The position numbers and the translations under genes were made by a program. A stretch of DNA of 64,000 bases from the NCBI GenBank assembly GCA_965202585.1, contig OZ241834.1:8122001-8186000 (forward strand). The letters run 5' to 3'. This document shows positions 1-12,119 of the stretch, piece after piece; position 1 is the first letter of the stretch, and the number at the start of each line of letters is the position of its first letter. This stretch comes from Thalia democratica (Eukaryota). The notes under the pieces were generated by a model. That model was given only the letters and a program-made list of their open reading frames with translations. It searched no databases and was not told where the DNA came from.

Positions 1-2789
1 TTAAATAAAAAAACGCTTAACATCAACAAAGTTAATCTTTTAAAGTTCAGACAACAATAGCAGTTTTAAAGAATTTTCAATATATTAAATTTTTTATTAC
101 CTGCAGATATACACTATATAAATATAATCTTGTATTATATATTGTACATTAAATTTCAGTATTCTAAGTAAAAAAAAAGTATTAAATAAAAGACATGTAA
201 ACTAAGCTCTTCAGACACACAAGTATATGCATAAAAAAATTTTTTCTGAAAGTATTCCTAAAATAATAACTTGAAAACCTCATTGTATATTTTGCCTTTG
301 TAAAAAAACACATTAAGTATGTATAAATTTTTTAATATGCATATTGTAAAGAAACGTTCTTTTTAAAGTTATAATACAAATTATTCAGATACTTGATTTA
401 AGAACTAATGGTTATGAAACAACATATTTTTTAAGAAAACATTTGAAACAAGCTTTGTTGAAATTTTTATTTAAGGACAAACACACAAATAACTTCACAT
501 CAGTAATGCATCCAATTAAAATTTTAGGCAACAATACGTACATAAACAATCTTTGTTTATAATTTTATTGTTAAATGCTTTGAACAACCTGTTTACTTTG
601 ATTTAAGCTGGTTTTAACTTTTTTTTTAGAGAGTGTTTTAGTTTTTTAATTGCTGAAGAAAGAAATTAAATTAGAAAAAATAGCTTAAAATTTTACATAT
701 GTACATTGCATAAAGTTATACAGTGTAATCAAAATTTTTGGATGTTATAAAATAGTTTCTTAAAACAATAAAATATATCTTATTATACTGTTATAAGTTC
801 ATAAACAAACAAAAAATTCTATTTTTGTTCACCGTCCATACAAGAAAATCTCTACCTTCTGCGTCTCTTTTTCTTCTTCTCTCTTCTATTCGGCTTCCCA
901 TCTGATGAGCGCTCATTACAATTTCATTAAGCCGATGATGAGGCTGTAAAATGGCGATGTCTAAACACTTTTCTTAAGTAAACTGCTCATTACAACTTCA
1001 GTTAGGTTACGTTTGTTGCTTTTTGCTTGTTTTAATATTTTGAAGTTTTTTATGAACCTTGTGATTTTTTAAGTGATTAAAAAATAGTGGTCAAGGTTTG
1101 AATTTTTAGGTTTTTTAAGGTATTTAAAATTTGATTTTGTATAGACTTGTTTTCATCTAAGTATATTTAGAAGAGTACAAAATTCTAAGCATTTTGAAAA
1201 TATTTCGTTTTTAAAATAATTTAAACTATTTAGTTTTTTCGGTAATTTTTTTCTTAACACAACTTTTTGGGTATTTATACATACATTTGAATTTTATATA
1301 TCAGTGTAACCTAAAACTTTAATAATATTTTTAGTTATGTTTTCACTTTTATTAACCCTTATGATAAAAACCAACTTGGCATGAGCAAAATCTTTAAGAT
1401 TAATATTTGTTCAAAAACAAAGACGAGTCTTGTAGTTTACCTGAAAGAACCTGCAGCTGTAGGAAACTTACTGATTATTTGAAAATATTTAGTTTTAAAT
1501 ATATAAAAAAAGTGTTTTATTTTTGAGTTTTTATGTCTAAACATTTGTTAAATACATTTTTTAAGAAGTTATCTAATAGTAAAAACCTTTTATAAAAATA
1601 AAAATAAGTTTTTAGTGCATAATTGTTAGTTAAACATAAAAAAAAGATTTATTAAAATAAATTTTTAACTCTAAAAGAGTTGCAAAAAACAAAAATACTC
1701 TGAGTATATTACAAAGTTATATTGCTTAAATATATCTTTTGAATACAAAACATAAGTACTATAAATAAAACTGACAATCGTTGTTATTAACACTGATTAA
1801 TAAGTTTTCGCAAACACAAGCAATTCATGCTAGTTTGAATCGTTTACAAACTTGTACAGTAACTATTGCAAGCAAGTTCAAAATATTAAGTTCAAAAGCT
1901 TTAAGTAAAGTGAAAACAAGTTTATATAACGTTAGATATCCAATAAAAATTATCTACTTTACTCTATTGCAAAGTTATGACGCGCAGAGTTTAGATTGGA
2001 GATAAATGGCTTTTATCGATATTTGCTCGTAATAACTTCACCTAAACTATAACTTGTCTACTCTACCACCGTGGTCTTTGATTGTATCGTGGTAGGACAC
2101 TTTCAGTAATAATTTTTTTTTACAAAAAACTGTAAATACCAATGATTATTTTAATTTTAAGAGTTTAGAAGTTGAAATAAAATACTATTTACAAAAAAAA
2201 ATCTGCTGCTTTTATGATTGCTTATCCGTCTCTTTATGTAACGTTTTTATCAAAATTTAATATATAAAAATAAATTTAAATTGAATTTAATTTGTAATGA
2301 AATTAGTATACAAACCTTCAAAAAAATCACTGTAAAAGTTTTACAAAGGTTTTAATATAACTATAGCTCTAAAAACTTAGGAATCAAGTTTTTTATTTTA
2401 TATATTTTTTATACAGTTATAAAACACAATGCAAAAGATAAATGTAATACTCATTAATTTTTTTTTAATAATATTAAAGTAATAAATTTAGAAGAAAAAA
2501 AATATATATGACTAACTTATGTCTTCGTTTGTATATTACTATTAAAGTTCAACTTAAATAGTTGTTAGTGATTTATAACTTAATTTTTTTGTCGTGATGA
2601 AACTTTTTTAACTAAAAAATTAAAAAAACAATTAAGTTAAAAAAAATTATGTTTACAAAAAACGTACCAACTATACAACAATGTTTTTAACGGAAAAATG
2701 ACGATCTAAAAATAACCGCAGAAAAGTGATTCACTTATTTCAATTGTTAATCTTATTTACGTAGCTTCATTATTTACAACTTTTGCGTT

Positions 2790-3720
2790 TAAATATATCT
2801 ATGAAAATTCAAGTAAGTTTGGTGCGCAGTATTTTGTTGCAAAGTTTTGACAAAGCTTGAGAGTTGTTTTGTTTGCGCAAAGTATTTAAAAAATGCTTCT
2901 CACTTAAGCGAACTTTTAAGTGAGCTACACAAGTAAGCGTTGGACTGTTGCGCTAATAGCAGAAAATTACGCTTAAAACCGATATTAATTTACATGCTTT
3001 TAAGTCAGATTAGCTCAAGCGGATAAGTACAAGAAAATTTTAAACAAAAAACTCAGATAAATCTCAAGTGCAACAAGTAGCACGTCAGGTGGTGAAAGAT
3101 GTACGAGAAATATCAGGCAGCTTGTTCGACACGAATTTACAAATTTATCGAGATGAAAATAATCCGATACCGGCCAATTACCCACGGATTTTCATTAGAT
3201 CTCGTTTACCGCTGCTCAACGTTTAGATAAGTTTGCGAGATATCTCAATAATATTTCGCCAACATGCTTGCCTCTGCAAACTAAACGCATTCGCTAAGCG
3301 CGATTTGATTGGCGTTGCGAGTCTTTATCTAGATTTTGATTGGCTGATAATGCACAGGTGCTCGCTTGGCTTCAAAACACGTCGATAAGCCGGAATCTCA
3401 AAAAGACGAATTCGTCGCGAACAAAGCAAGGTTAATGGTGATTTTAGGGGTGGCGTTTTAAGCCGATGTTTTACACTGAATGAACAGATACACGTTTGAC
3501 AGGCAGCTTTTGTCGCCTTTTTACACATCAGCTACCTCGCAAACACTGAACTGTTGAATAAAAAGTGTCAAGATGACACGTTAAAATGGTTTCCGTCCGC
3601 TACTAAGGCTTCTGCTTATCTACAGATGCGCTTTTTTGTTCAGATTTATGTTATCTGAAAATAAATGTTAGCTTGATGGCCATTTGTGTGCATTATCGCA
3701 AGTTAAACTATCACAAATAC
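2790..3720 (+). promoter_or_regulatory. Conserved CpG-rich block upstream of Fezf-A (likely promoter/enhancer); paralogues ~31090-32040 and ~62400-63340
   Basis: Higher GC and identity than flanks in all three copies; TAATCC 3160, TAAGCC 3386 and 3459, ATTGG 3308 and 3339, CAGGTG 3355. Confidence 0.6.
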
Positions 3721-4890
3721 AATAAGATAAATTTTTACATCATTTTCTTCAACTTAGTATTTGTTAAAAAAAGTTGCTAGTGTAAGATTGGAATAAAAGT
3801 TTCTATGTAGTAAGTAGACTATGTAAAAAACAAATTTTTGAGAAAATAACTACTATTTAGTTGTTTTTTTTGTTAAATACATCCTTTTGTTTTAACACTA
3901 CCTTTTACTACATATAATTGAAAAAAGTTGTAAAAATAGAGTAGATCGGAGGTTATAAAATAGCTGCTAATAAAACATAAATTTATACAAGTGTAGTAAT
4001 AAAACTTTAAATTTTCAACTAAGTTATCCTAACAAAATATAGTTTTTGTTATATTTGAAAGATATAGAAGTTGAATATTAGAATTTTTTTGTAGTAGTTT
4101 TTTCAAAAGTAAACGTTTGTACAAAAGTTATTTGATAGCTCTAAATTTAAATAAAATTTAAAAACAATCGTTTTATTATTACTTGTAGTATAAAAAACAT
4201 TTAGTAAAAAAATAACAAAAATAATAATATTTCAATTTCATGGTTTTTAAGTATACACTACAAAATAAAACTTATGTTTTCTAAATTTTGCAAAACTCTA
4301 GAACAAAAATTAAAAGCAACACTTACTTGTAACTTTGTAATAACTTAATGATTTTTACTGACCAAACTGACTTAACTTACTGATTTCAATCGTTAACTTA
4401 TAATGTTACTATAGTTCACTTATTAAAATATAACTAAAGTTTCAAATGAAAGTGTTCGTTTGTTTTCTAAAGTTAAAATATTACGGTTATTTATCTAAGA
4501 CTTGCAAATATTTAGCATTGATAGCAGAAGCATAACATTTAAACATTTATTTAGTATCACTTAAGCATTGTACTAAAATAAAATTTTCAAACATAAAATA
4601 AAACGTAAAAACTAAATATACGTTATCTTACTTTGGTCGGTAGTAAAAGCTCAATAAACCTAAATTTTGTTGAATTCAGTTTCATTAACTAATGAATATC
4701 TTTTTAGTATGACAAAAAAATAAAGCATACTTCTTGCTTTGTTTTTAATATCTCCTTAGTTTCTGTTTGCTTCAACTATGTATTTTAAACAGTTTGTGTT
4801 TTGATTTTTATCCTTTTTTAATTAAAAAAAAATTAAATTAACAATTTTTTTACATATACGTAGTAGTAAGAATCATTTAACACATTCACC

Positions 4891-4913
4891 AGTTTCTTTT
4901 TATTTTTTTACAG
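4891..4913 (+). other. Conserved splice acceptor 28 nt upstream of the Fezf ATG (5'UTR intron or trans-splice acceptor)
   Basis: tttctttttattttttta-CAG at 4913, 33224 and 61321 (minus strand); 28-nt spacing to the ATG in all three copies. Confidence 0.6.
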
Positions 4914-4941
4914 ATATATTTATTAATTTAACAAAGTTATA

Positions 4942-5481
4942 ATGTTTCCAAACCTGCAAAATCCCTACTTCTACCTATCAAACGTCGCAAAACCACCAAA
5001 CATCAACCTTCCTTCAACACTTAACCCTCCCGGATTAGGGAGTTCCCCTTTTACGAGCTCCCTAAACTTTCCCCTGCGCAACCCGTTGTTCTTCCAGCCT
5101 CAGGTAATTCCCCCGTTGTGGAACAGCGCCCTGCACAAGTACAACCAGCTGGTGGCGCAACAGAGGAAGGCGCAGGAGGCGGTGCTGAGAAGTTTGTATT
5201 ATGACGTCACACAGCGTAATATTATGCAGCGCAGCGGTTTCGCTCCGAGGCTGAAGAAGTTCAGCCCAGTGCAATTGAGACCGGTCTTTGGCCGACCGAG
5301 GCTTCCCTGCAAGGTTCCCGCGCAATTGTTTCAAAACCGGGGATTTTCCGAATCTTCGCCTACCTCTTCTTCAGTTTCGTCGAAAGCGACAAGTGTTGAT
5401 GTTTCAAGCGGTAAACTGCAAAAGGTGAAGATTGTCGGGAGGAGAACGAAGCAGAAGCAAAACACTCCGTGCAAGTGCAAG
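4942..5481 (+). CDS. Fezf: Fezf-A coding exon 1 (180 codons, Pro/Ser-rich N-terminus to first Cys of finger 1)
   Basis: ATG 4942; ends TGC AAG|gtaaaa; 540 nt, same length as in copy B. Confidence 0.9.
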
Positions 5482-8400
5482 GTAAAAACAAAAATTATAA
5501 TAAAAATACACAGATTTATTCAAAATAGTATAAAACACCTTAAAATAAATCAAAACAATAAACAATATATGAATGCACTATTGTTTTAGTTTGAATGAAA
5601 TGTAAATAATTTCAGGTGCAAAAAAAATATCTCAAATGTCACACAAAAAAGCGATTAAACGTTGATTAATGATGTTTTTGGTGAAACTTTTAACGGGCGT
5701 GCGAAGAAAATTAAAACAAAAGCAAAAGCCTTTTGTAAATACTTTACACTTCTGTGTTTTGCGGTCGCTACTACTTTCGTGCCAGTGATGCTGATTGTGA
5801 CGCATTGTGACGTAACAAACGTTTTGTGAGCTGAGCACCGGCTGGCACGCACCTTTGTTCTTTAATATAATTATAAATTGTCAGACATAGTTTGATCATG
5901 GCCGTGGTTTCAGACAAAAGTTTATATGGTCTAGAAATATTTATGAAAAAAACTATTAAGTTCACAAGATTCAAATAAATATTGCTTTAAATTGTCTTAA
6001 AAAAAAGTTCTAAAGTACAAGTTTGTTTTTTAATACACTACTTTTTGATAGTAACAGTTTGCAAAGTACTTTAGAAAAAAAAACTTTTTACTCCAACGAG
6101 ATCGTGTTGTTCGGATATCTATAAACAAACATCATTGGAAAATTATAACTTCTAAACTATTTGTTTTTCAAAAAACTTCAGTTTACGACCATAACTTAAC
6201 TATCATTTTAAACATTTTCTGTATGTATTCGTGTAGTTTTTTAAAAAACATTTTTATCATAATTTCAAGATATGCGGAAAGGAGTTCAAGGCGCAGTACA
6301 ATCTGACCAGACACATGCCAGTCCACACTGGAGCACGACCTTTCAAGTGCAAGATATGCGGGAAGGGATTCAAGCAGGCCAGCACATTATGTCGTCATAA
6401 AGTCATCCATTCCAAGGTGAATATTTATTTTAAGTTATATGATTTGTATAATATTATGTCGTCATAAGGTCATCCATTCTATGGTTGTAGTAAGTTGTAT
6501 GGTTTACTTGTATGATAACTTGAAAAGTTTTTAAAAAAGTAAAAAATAGTGTTAAATTAGTTATTAATTTGGTACATTGTAAGAGTATTGATAGTTTTAA
6601 AACGTTTGATAAAGTTGTAGCGAAGTAAAATTTTTAACAAATTTAAAGTTTTTGAGTTAACTTAAGTATATCTTGATGACTTGCATGTTATCTTGAGTTT
6701 TAATAACCTTAATTAAACATTAATTTAACTTTGATTGGCAGTTGAAGTTAATGATATTTAGGAAGACAAACACTGTTTTGCATTATCGATTTTTTTATAA
6801 ATAGCTTAAGTGTGCGATATTACAGTGTCCGAAATTATATTACAGCGGTAGTTTTAAACGGTATTTTAAAGTTTTTAGCAAGTTTGCATTGTCAAAGCAA
6901 ACATTAAAATAATATAGCAAACAGCTTAAACCCATCATAAAAAAAAGATCACAACTTATTTTTTAAGATACGAAAAAAAAACGTGAGATTTAAAAACAAA
7001 TTAGTGTGCTTGTTCGCAAGCCGATAAATAATTCTTAAGTGAGAACGGACTTTGGCGATATAAGTATGCGATATAAGTATGCCTTTTAAACTCCCGTGTG
7101 TTTGTTGTGAATCGAAAACACTTGTACATCGGATTACTCCATAAAACACCACTTTACACTGAAGGTGTAAGAAATCAATCGCAATTTCAGCGGACAGATT
7201 GAGCGCCATTGTAAGCCAATCACAGTTGCGATAATTCATTGTAAACCAATCACGTTCCGCGTTAAGCCGCTTTGCCACTAAAGTTCTCGTCCATCTAAGT
7301 GCTTCTGGCTTCCCCTTCAGAGCGCGTTTATGGTAAATTAATCTTCAGTGAAAAGTGATTGCTTTTAAAGTGCGATTCCGTTTTATTTTTTCTATAATTA
7401 TGCAGCAAACGGCAAAGCTGATTTAAAATTCTCTTGATCCGCGTGAAGGTTTCAATTGTGTTTGCAGTTTAAGAAAGCTTTTTGTTTCAAAAATAACTGC
7501 TTGATTGAATGTCGATCTTAAACGCAAAACAAACAGCTTTAAAATCTGAAGCAAGTTTTATCAGGGGTTTTTCTCACGGACAGAAGTGTATAGATACCAC
7601 AAAACACCTGTTTGTATTGAACTTTTAGTTTTTAAGGAGTCAGGTAGTGCATTAAGTAGATTGATTTAAGAAAACTACAAATAAAATTAATGTTAAAAAA
7701 AAACAATAAATCTAATCTACTACTTTGTTATTTTTTTTCGTAAGTGTTTAACTAGCAGCTTTGTTTAAATAAGTATTTACGTCTGCTTACAGGAGATTAA
7801 AATAAAGCCGCTGAACGTTTTTTGAACGCTTTTCTAACTAAAAAATTTTCAACTGAGAATTGTTGTTTACTAACTGTAACACATAACACTTTCTTTATAA
7901 ATTAGATACAAATTTGAAATACTTAAGTATGTAGTTCATAGCTGTTTAAGCACTTTAGCAGACATGTTTTATAGTATTTACTTAACTAATTTTTTAATTG
8001 AACGGAGAATTATTCTAAAGTTATTCTAGCTTATTTAGAAGTACTTTAGTAGTTAGAAAATTAGTGTTTAAAAACCGAAAACATTTTTGTGAAAAAAATA
8101 GTCTTTTATAAACATTTCTAGACAAGTTTGAAAATATTTCATAGAAGTTGACTTTGTATTTAAGTTAAAGATTTAACAACTTAAAAAAAAAGACACTAAA
8201 GAAGAAACTTGTTATAAAACAGTATTTTAAAATACCTAATCAAAGTGTTTTATATAATACTTTATTATACAGGCATTTTTGACTTGTTTATAAAACTCGT
8301 AGATTTATATCAACTTTGGCCTTCATAGCTTGTCATTAGAGAAAAATGAAAAGAATACTTCCAATTCATTACATAAAACCATATGGCGATAATTTATGAG

Positions 8401-11400
8401 CATTCCAAGTATTTATAAAAATGGCGAATTGATCAGTTTCAAAATACTGTATACAATAACAGAGCAATAAAACACCTGATGTAAGATACACCTATATAAC
8501 TCGCAGACTTTACAACTACATTTTATTGCTCTTATTTCATAACTTAAATAATATCTCATTAGTTTTTATTGCTTAGATCCAATAATACTAATCAATAATT
8601 TATTATTTTCTGTCTTAACATACGAGTTAAAGTTTAATTAAAATCGATGTACTGTTCTTCAAGTAGTATAACACAGTTATAAAACACCAAATAAATGATC
8701 AATATATTTTAAATACTACTCATTCAAAATTTAATATTACGATTGATTAATGAACTTAATCTAGTTGTTACGTAATTAGACTTTTTAAACTGTAGAAATC
8801 AATGTAAAGTTAAAAGTAGTATGTATTATAAAAAACAGCTGAAATAAAAATAAAAGGTTTAAAATTTTACACTGAAATACATTTCGAAAAAGTAAAACTA
8901 TTTAGTACAACTTAACAGCTTTTGAAAAGATTGAAGCATTTAAATTTGATTGTTTATAATAAAAATAAGAAACATTAAAAGATACAAAAACTTTTTTTAT
9001 CGCGTTTTAACATTTCAAATAGCAGAATAAAAACTCACTAGCTATTTATTGAAACATATTTTTAGTCTAACATAAATAGTAAAAAAATAAATCTCTCAAA
9101 AATTAAAAAGTATAAGTTTAATCAAAAAATTAAACAATAGAACATGTAATACGGATAACATTTTCAGTACATAATACAATTACTTAATAATCTCAGACAG
9201 TTTATTTTCATTAAAAAAGTAAAAATTGCCCACTTTGTGAATAATAGATAAATACTTTTCAAATTTATATTAATATGTTAATAACTAAAATAAAATAATA
9301 TATTTTGTAAAACTAGTCTAATCGATTGTTTGTACATAAATTTTAGTTGTAAGCTAATTAGAATAAAGAATCTTTTAGATAACCTTATAGAAAGAATTGC
9401 ATTTTCACAATTTATGGAGGTGTTAAATAAACTGTTTATCTAAATAATATTCGAGACTTATTTAGTTAAGATATATACAAAAGTTTTAAATTTAGGTTGA
9501 TGTTAAAGAAAAATTTAGTAAAAAATAAATGTCAGGTCAACCTAATTTGTCGAGTGTTACTTGTTACATTAGCTTATTGTTGATAAACTAAGTCAGTTAG
9601 AAACAGCATTTAGGTAAACTATTTCTTAGTTTAAAATCAAGAACTATATTTTCATTTAAACTTCACAATAACTAGAAACAATTTACAATAAAACAAATCG
9701 ATGAATGAAAAAGTTGTTCTGTTTTCCTCATAGCATAAAACAGTTGTACATATCATCACTTTTACTAAAAAACATATATGATTTAGCAAGGCTTGATCGG
9801 GATTTTACTATGAAATTTATAGCTGAGTTTAACTTCAAAACAAGTGCTTGGTAACGGGTCGGATTTTTAACGGGTTGGCTGCAGTATTAAAGTTTTAGAA
9901 ACTTTTTTAAACGTTATGTTATGCTACTGAGGTAAGGTAACAATACAGTAGTACATTAATAACATTTATACCCTGTCTATAACCCATTTTACCAAAATTT
10001 TTAAACCTTATTTATTGCCCTTAACGAACCATACTCAAAGAAAAATTGAATTAAAAAAAAGTTTCATCAATTATAACTTGAAATTAACAGAAGTTTTTTA
10101 GGAAATCAGATCGCCTTGCTTTTTAAGCCGAAAGCTTTAACGGTTGGAAAAAGTAAATTGCGTTTTGTCGTATAACGTTTACTAAAAATAACAGCTGTAA
10201 ACATAAATTCAAATAATTTTATTATTTAGTTAGCGTGTTTGCTTTTTAACGATTAAATTAATAGCATATTGGTAAAATTTTAACATATAATCATTGATTT
10301 TTGCGTCTCACTAGCAGTTGATCTACTATAATATACTCAGCATAGCTTGCCGACCCATTGTCTAAGACAACTAAATAAAGAAAATATTTTAGTAGTAAAA
10401 ACACATAAAAGTGTTTATCTTTATAAATACCATTTACCTTACCAATATGTATTACGTTATTACGTATTATAATATGTTTACTTACTAACTAACATATACA
10501 CGTAGGAGAGACCTCACAAATGCAAGGTGTGCGGGAAGGCGTTCAACCGTAGCAGCACTTTGAACACTCACATGCGTATTCACACTGGGGACCGCCCCTA
10601 CCAGTGTCAGGTGTGCGGGAAGCGGTTCCACCAGAAGGGCAACTACAAGAACCACTGTTTGACCCACAAAAAGGAAAAAGACTTCAAGTGCAAGATCTGC
10701 GGGAAGGCCTTCCATCAAGTCAGTATTACGTTTTTTTTTTATTAGAATTTTGAAATAAGGCGTTTTGTCAGGTAAAAAAAGTGTTCTGCTTTGTATTCTG
10801 GCTGTTTAAACCTTTTTTATTCCATTAAATTTTGTTCTAGCTTTTTAATTTAAGTTTCCTATGAGCATATGTTAGGACTTGCAATTCAAAAAATAAGCAA
10901 TGATAATTAAAAACTTTGTCTGTCAAAAAATACAATTTTTATGTAGTTTTGTCATGTTTTAGTATGATTAGAACGTAGCCATGCTATTAAATGATGTTTT
11001 TAATAAAAAAGTAAAAAATAAACGGTTAATACTTATACAATATTTATAAAATTATCTTAAATTTTCAACTATAAACTTAAATAACAAACTAACTGAAAAA
11101 ATGTACAATTTATAATATTTATTTTTTTATAAATGCAAAAAATGTAAAAATTGTTAAAATAATACCGCAAATGTTTTTAAATTTAGACAATAAGGAAAAA
11201 ATCACCAGCACTACTAATCTGGTTTGTTAAAAAACGCAAATTACAGATTGTTTCACAAACACAATCGGTCTTTCAAAGTTCCATTTGATTTGTTTGGCAT
11301 GTAACAATAAAAATTTCAAAGCTTGTTTTCATAATAACTAAGAAAGTAAATTAAGATTTATACTGTAGCACCTGGTTTTACAGGTGTTTTAACAAGTCCG

Positions 11401-12119
11401 GTAGTATGATTTTTTTTTTCCAATACTTTTATATAAAGCGTTACCAACTCAACAAAATCTTAAGATTAGATGTAGTTATCAATATAGTTATATTCCTTTA
11501 ATATACCTTTGTGAATTAGTTTTTTAATACTTTGATACTTTTAAAAGTCTTAAAATTAAAGTAGTACTTAGAAATAGAGTTTTTCTTCAAGAAGGTACAA
11601 AATAAATTTTAAGTTGTTAGTGACAATTTTATGTTAAATAACACATATGAAAAATATTTGAAAACGTTAGTTTCATATGTGTTTTCTATCAACGTATTTA
11701 CAAAAGCTTTTGTATCAAACAATAAATCTTTGAACTGAAGTTTTTATTTGCAATAGCCTAAGTTGTTTAAGTAATTTGTACTAAATACGTAAACAAGTAC
11801 TATATAAATTAGTATATATATTTAAGTATTTTATAATCTAATTAACTATATATGAAATTTGATAAACAAAATCAAAACAATTAAGATGTGGAATTAGCTC
11901 AGGTCTTTCGAATAAAATATGAAAACTATGTAAACTTGTATCTAATAAAAACTCACAAAATTTTAGATGTCGAACCTTGGTTTCCACATAAACACTCACC
12001 TTGCAGTTAAACCCTTCAACTGCCACATTTGCGGGAAGGGATTCTGCAGGAACTTCGACCTGAAGAAGCACATTAGAAAGCTACACAAGGATCATGTTGA
12101 GAAGAACCCTTCATCTTGA
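4942..12119 (+). CDS. Fezf: Fezf (Fez/earmuff family) C2H2 zinc-finger transcription factor, copy A, 350 aa; join(4942..5481,6270..6416,10506..10718,11967..12119)
   Basis: All introns are GT-AG phase 0 and the spliced frame is open. Six fingers carry the diagnostic Fezf motifs [45 protein letters not shown] and [15 protein letters not shown]. Confidence 0.95.
5600..5930 (+). promoter_or_regulatory. Conserved non-coding block in Fezf intron 1 (paralogues ~33940-34270, ~60570-60880)
   Basis: GC-rich, retained in all copies; tandem TGACG half-sites (tgacgcattgtgacgtaac). Confidence 0.45.
6270..6416 (+). CDS. Fezf: Fezf-A coding exon 2 (fingers 1-2)
   Basis: tttcaag|ATA TGC GGA ... CAT TCC AAG|gtgaat; [49 protein letters not shown]. 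Confidence 0.95.
6930..7620 (+). promoter_or_regulatory. Conserved non-coding block in Fezf intron 2 (paralogues ~35280-35990, ~58910-59620)
   Basis: High identity in three copies; GGATTA 7131, TAAGCC 7212 and 7263, CCAAT 7216 and 7246. Confidence 0.55.
10506..10718 (+). CDS. Fezf: Fezf-A coding exon 3 (fingers 3-4, start of 5)
   Basis: cgtag|GAG AGA CCT ... CAT CAA|gtcagt; TACTAAC branch-point-like motif just upstream. Confidence 0.95.
11967..12119 (+). CDS. Fezf: Fezf-A coding exon 4 (end of finger 5, finger 6, stop)
   Basis: ttttag|ATG TCG AAC ... TCA TCT TGA; [50 protein letters not shown]. Confidence 0.95.
   Translation: MSNLGFHINTHLAVKPFNCHICGKGFCRNFDLKKHIRKLHKDHVEKNPSS

Noticed and set aside
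850-905. Minus-strand mini-exon MGSRIEERRRKR
   Set aside because: A 1-nt indel between copies A and B, and a low-complexity purine tract.
902-908. CTGATGA motif
   Set aside because: No downstream stem II and GAAA; part of a short palindrome.
3325-3528. ORF shared with 62570-62773
   Set aside because: Copy B has a 13-nt deletion in it; it lies in a promoter-like block.
5062-5334. Antisense ORFs over Fezf and ASB exons (5062-5334, 10485-10718, 11838-12071, 14097-14282, 33373-33636, 38821-39072, 53789-54001, 55142-55393, 60915-61172)
   Set aside because: They are shadows of GC-rich exons on the opposite strand; substitutions between copies are synonymous in the sense frame, not in these frames.
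5482-5589. C-terminal tails of the 215-aa and 196-aa ORFs
   Set aside because: Intron read-through; the tails differ between copies, and the real donor after TGC AAG restores finger 1.
6949-7278. Triplicated ~100-aa antisense ORF in intron 2 (also 35318-35641, 59256-59543)
   Set aside because: GTG start, a frameshift near the end in copy C and no recognisable domain; better explained as a conserved cis-regulatory block.
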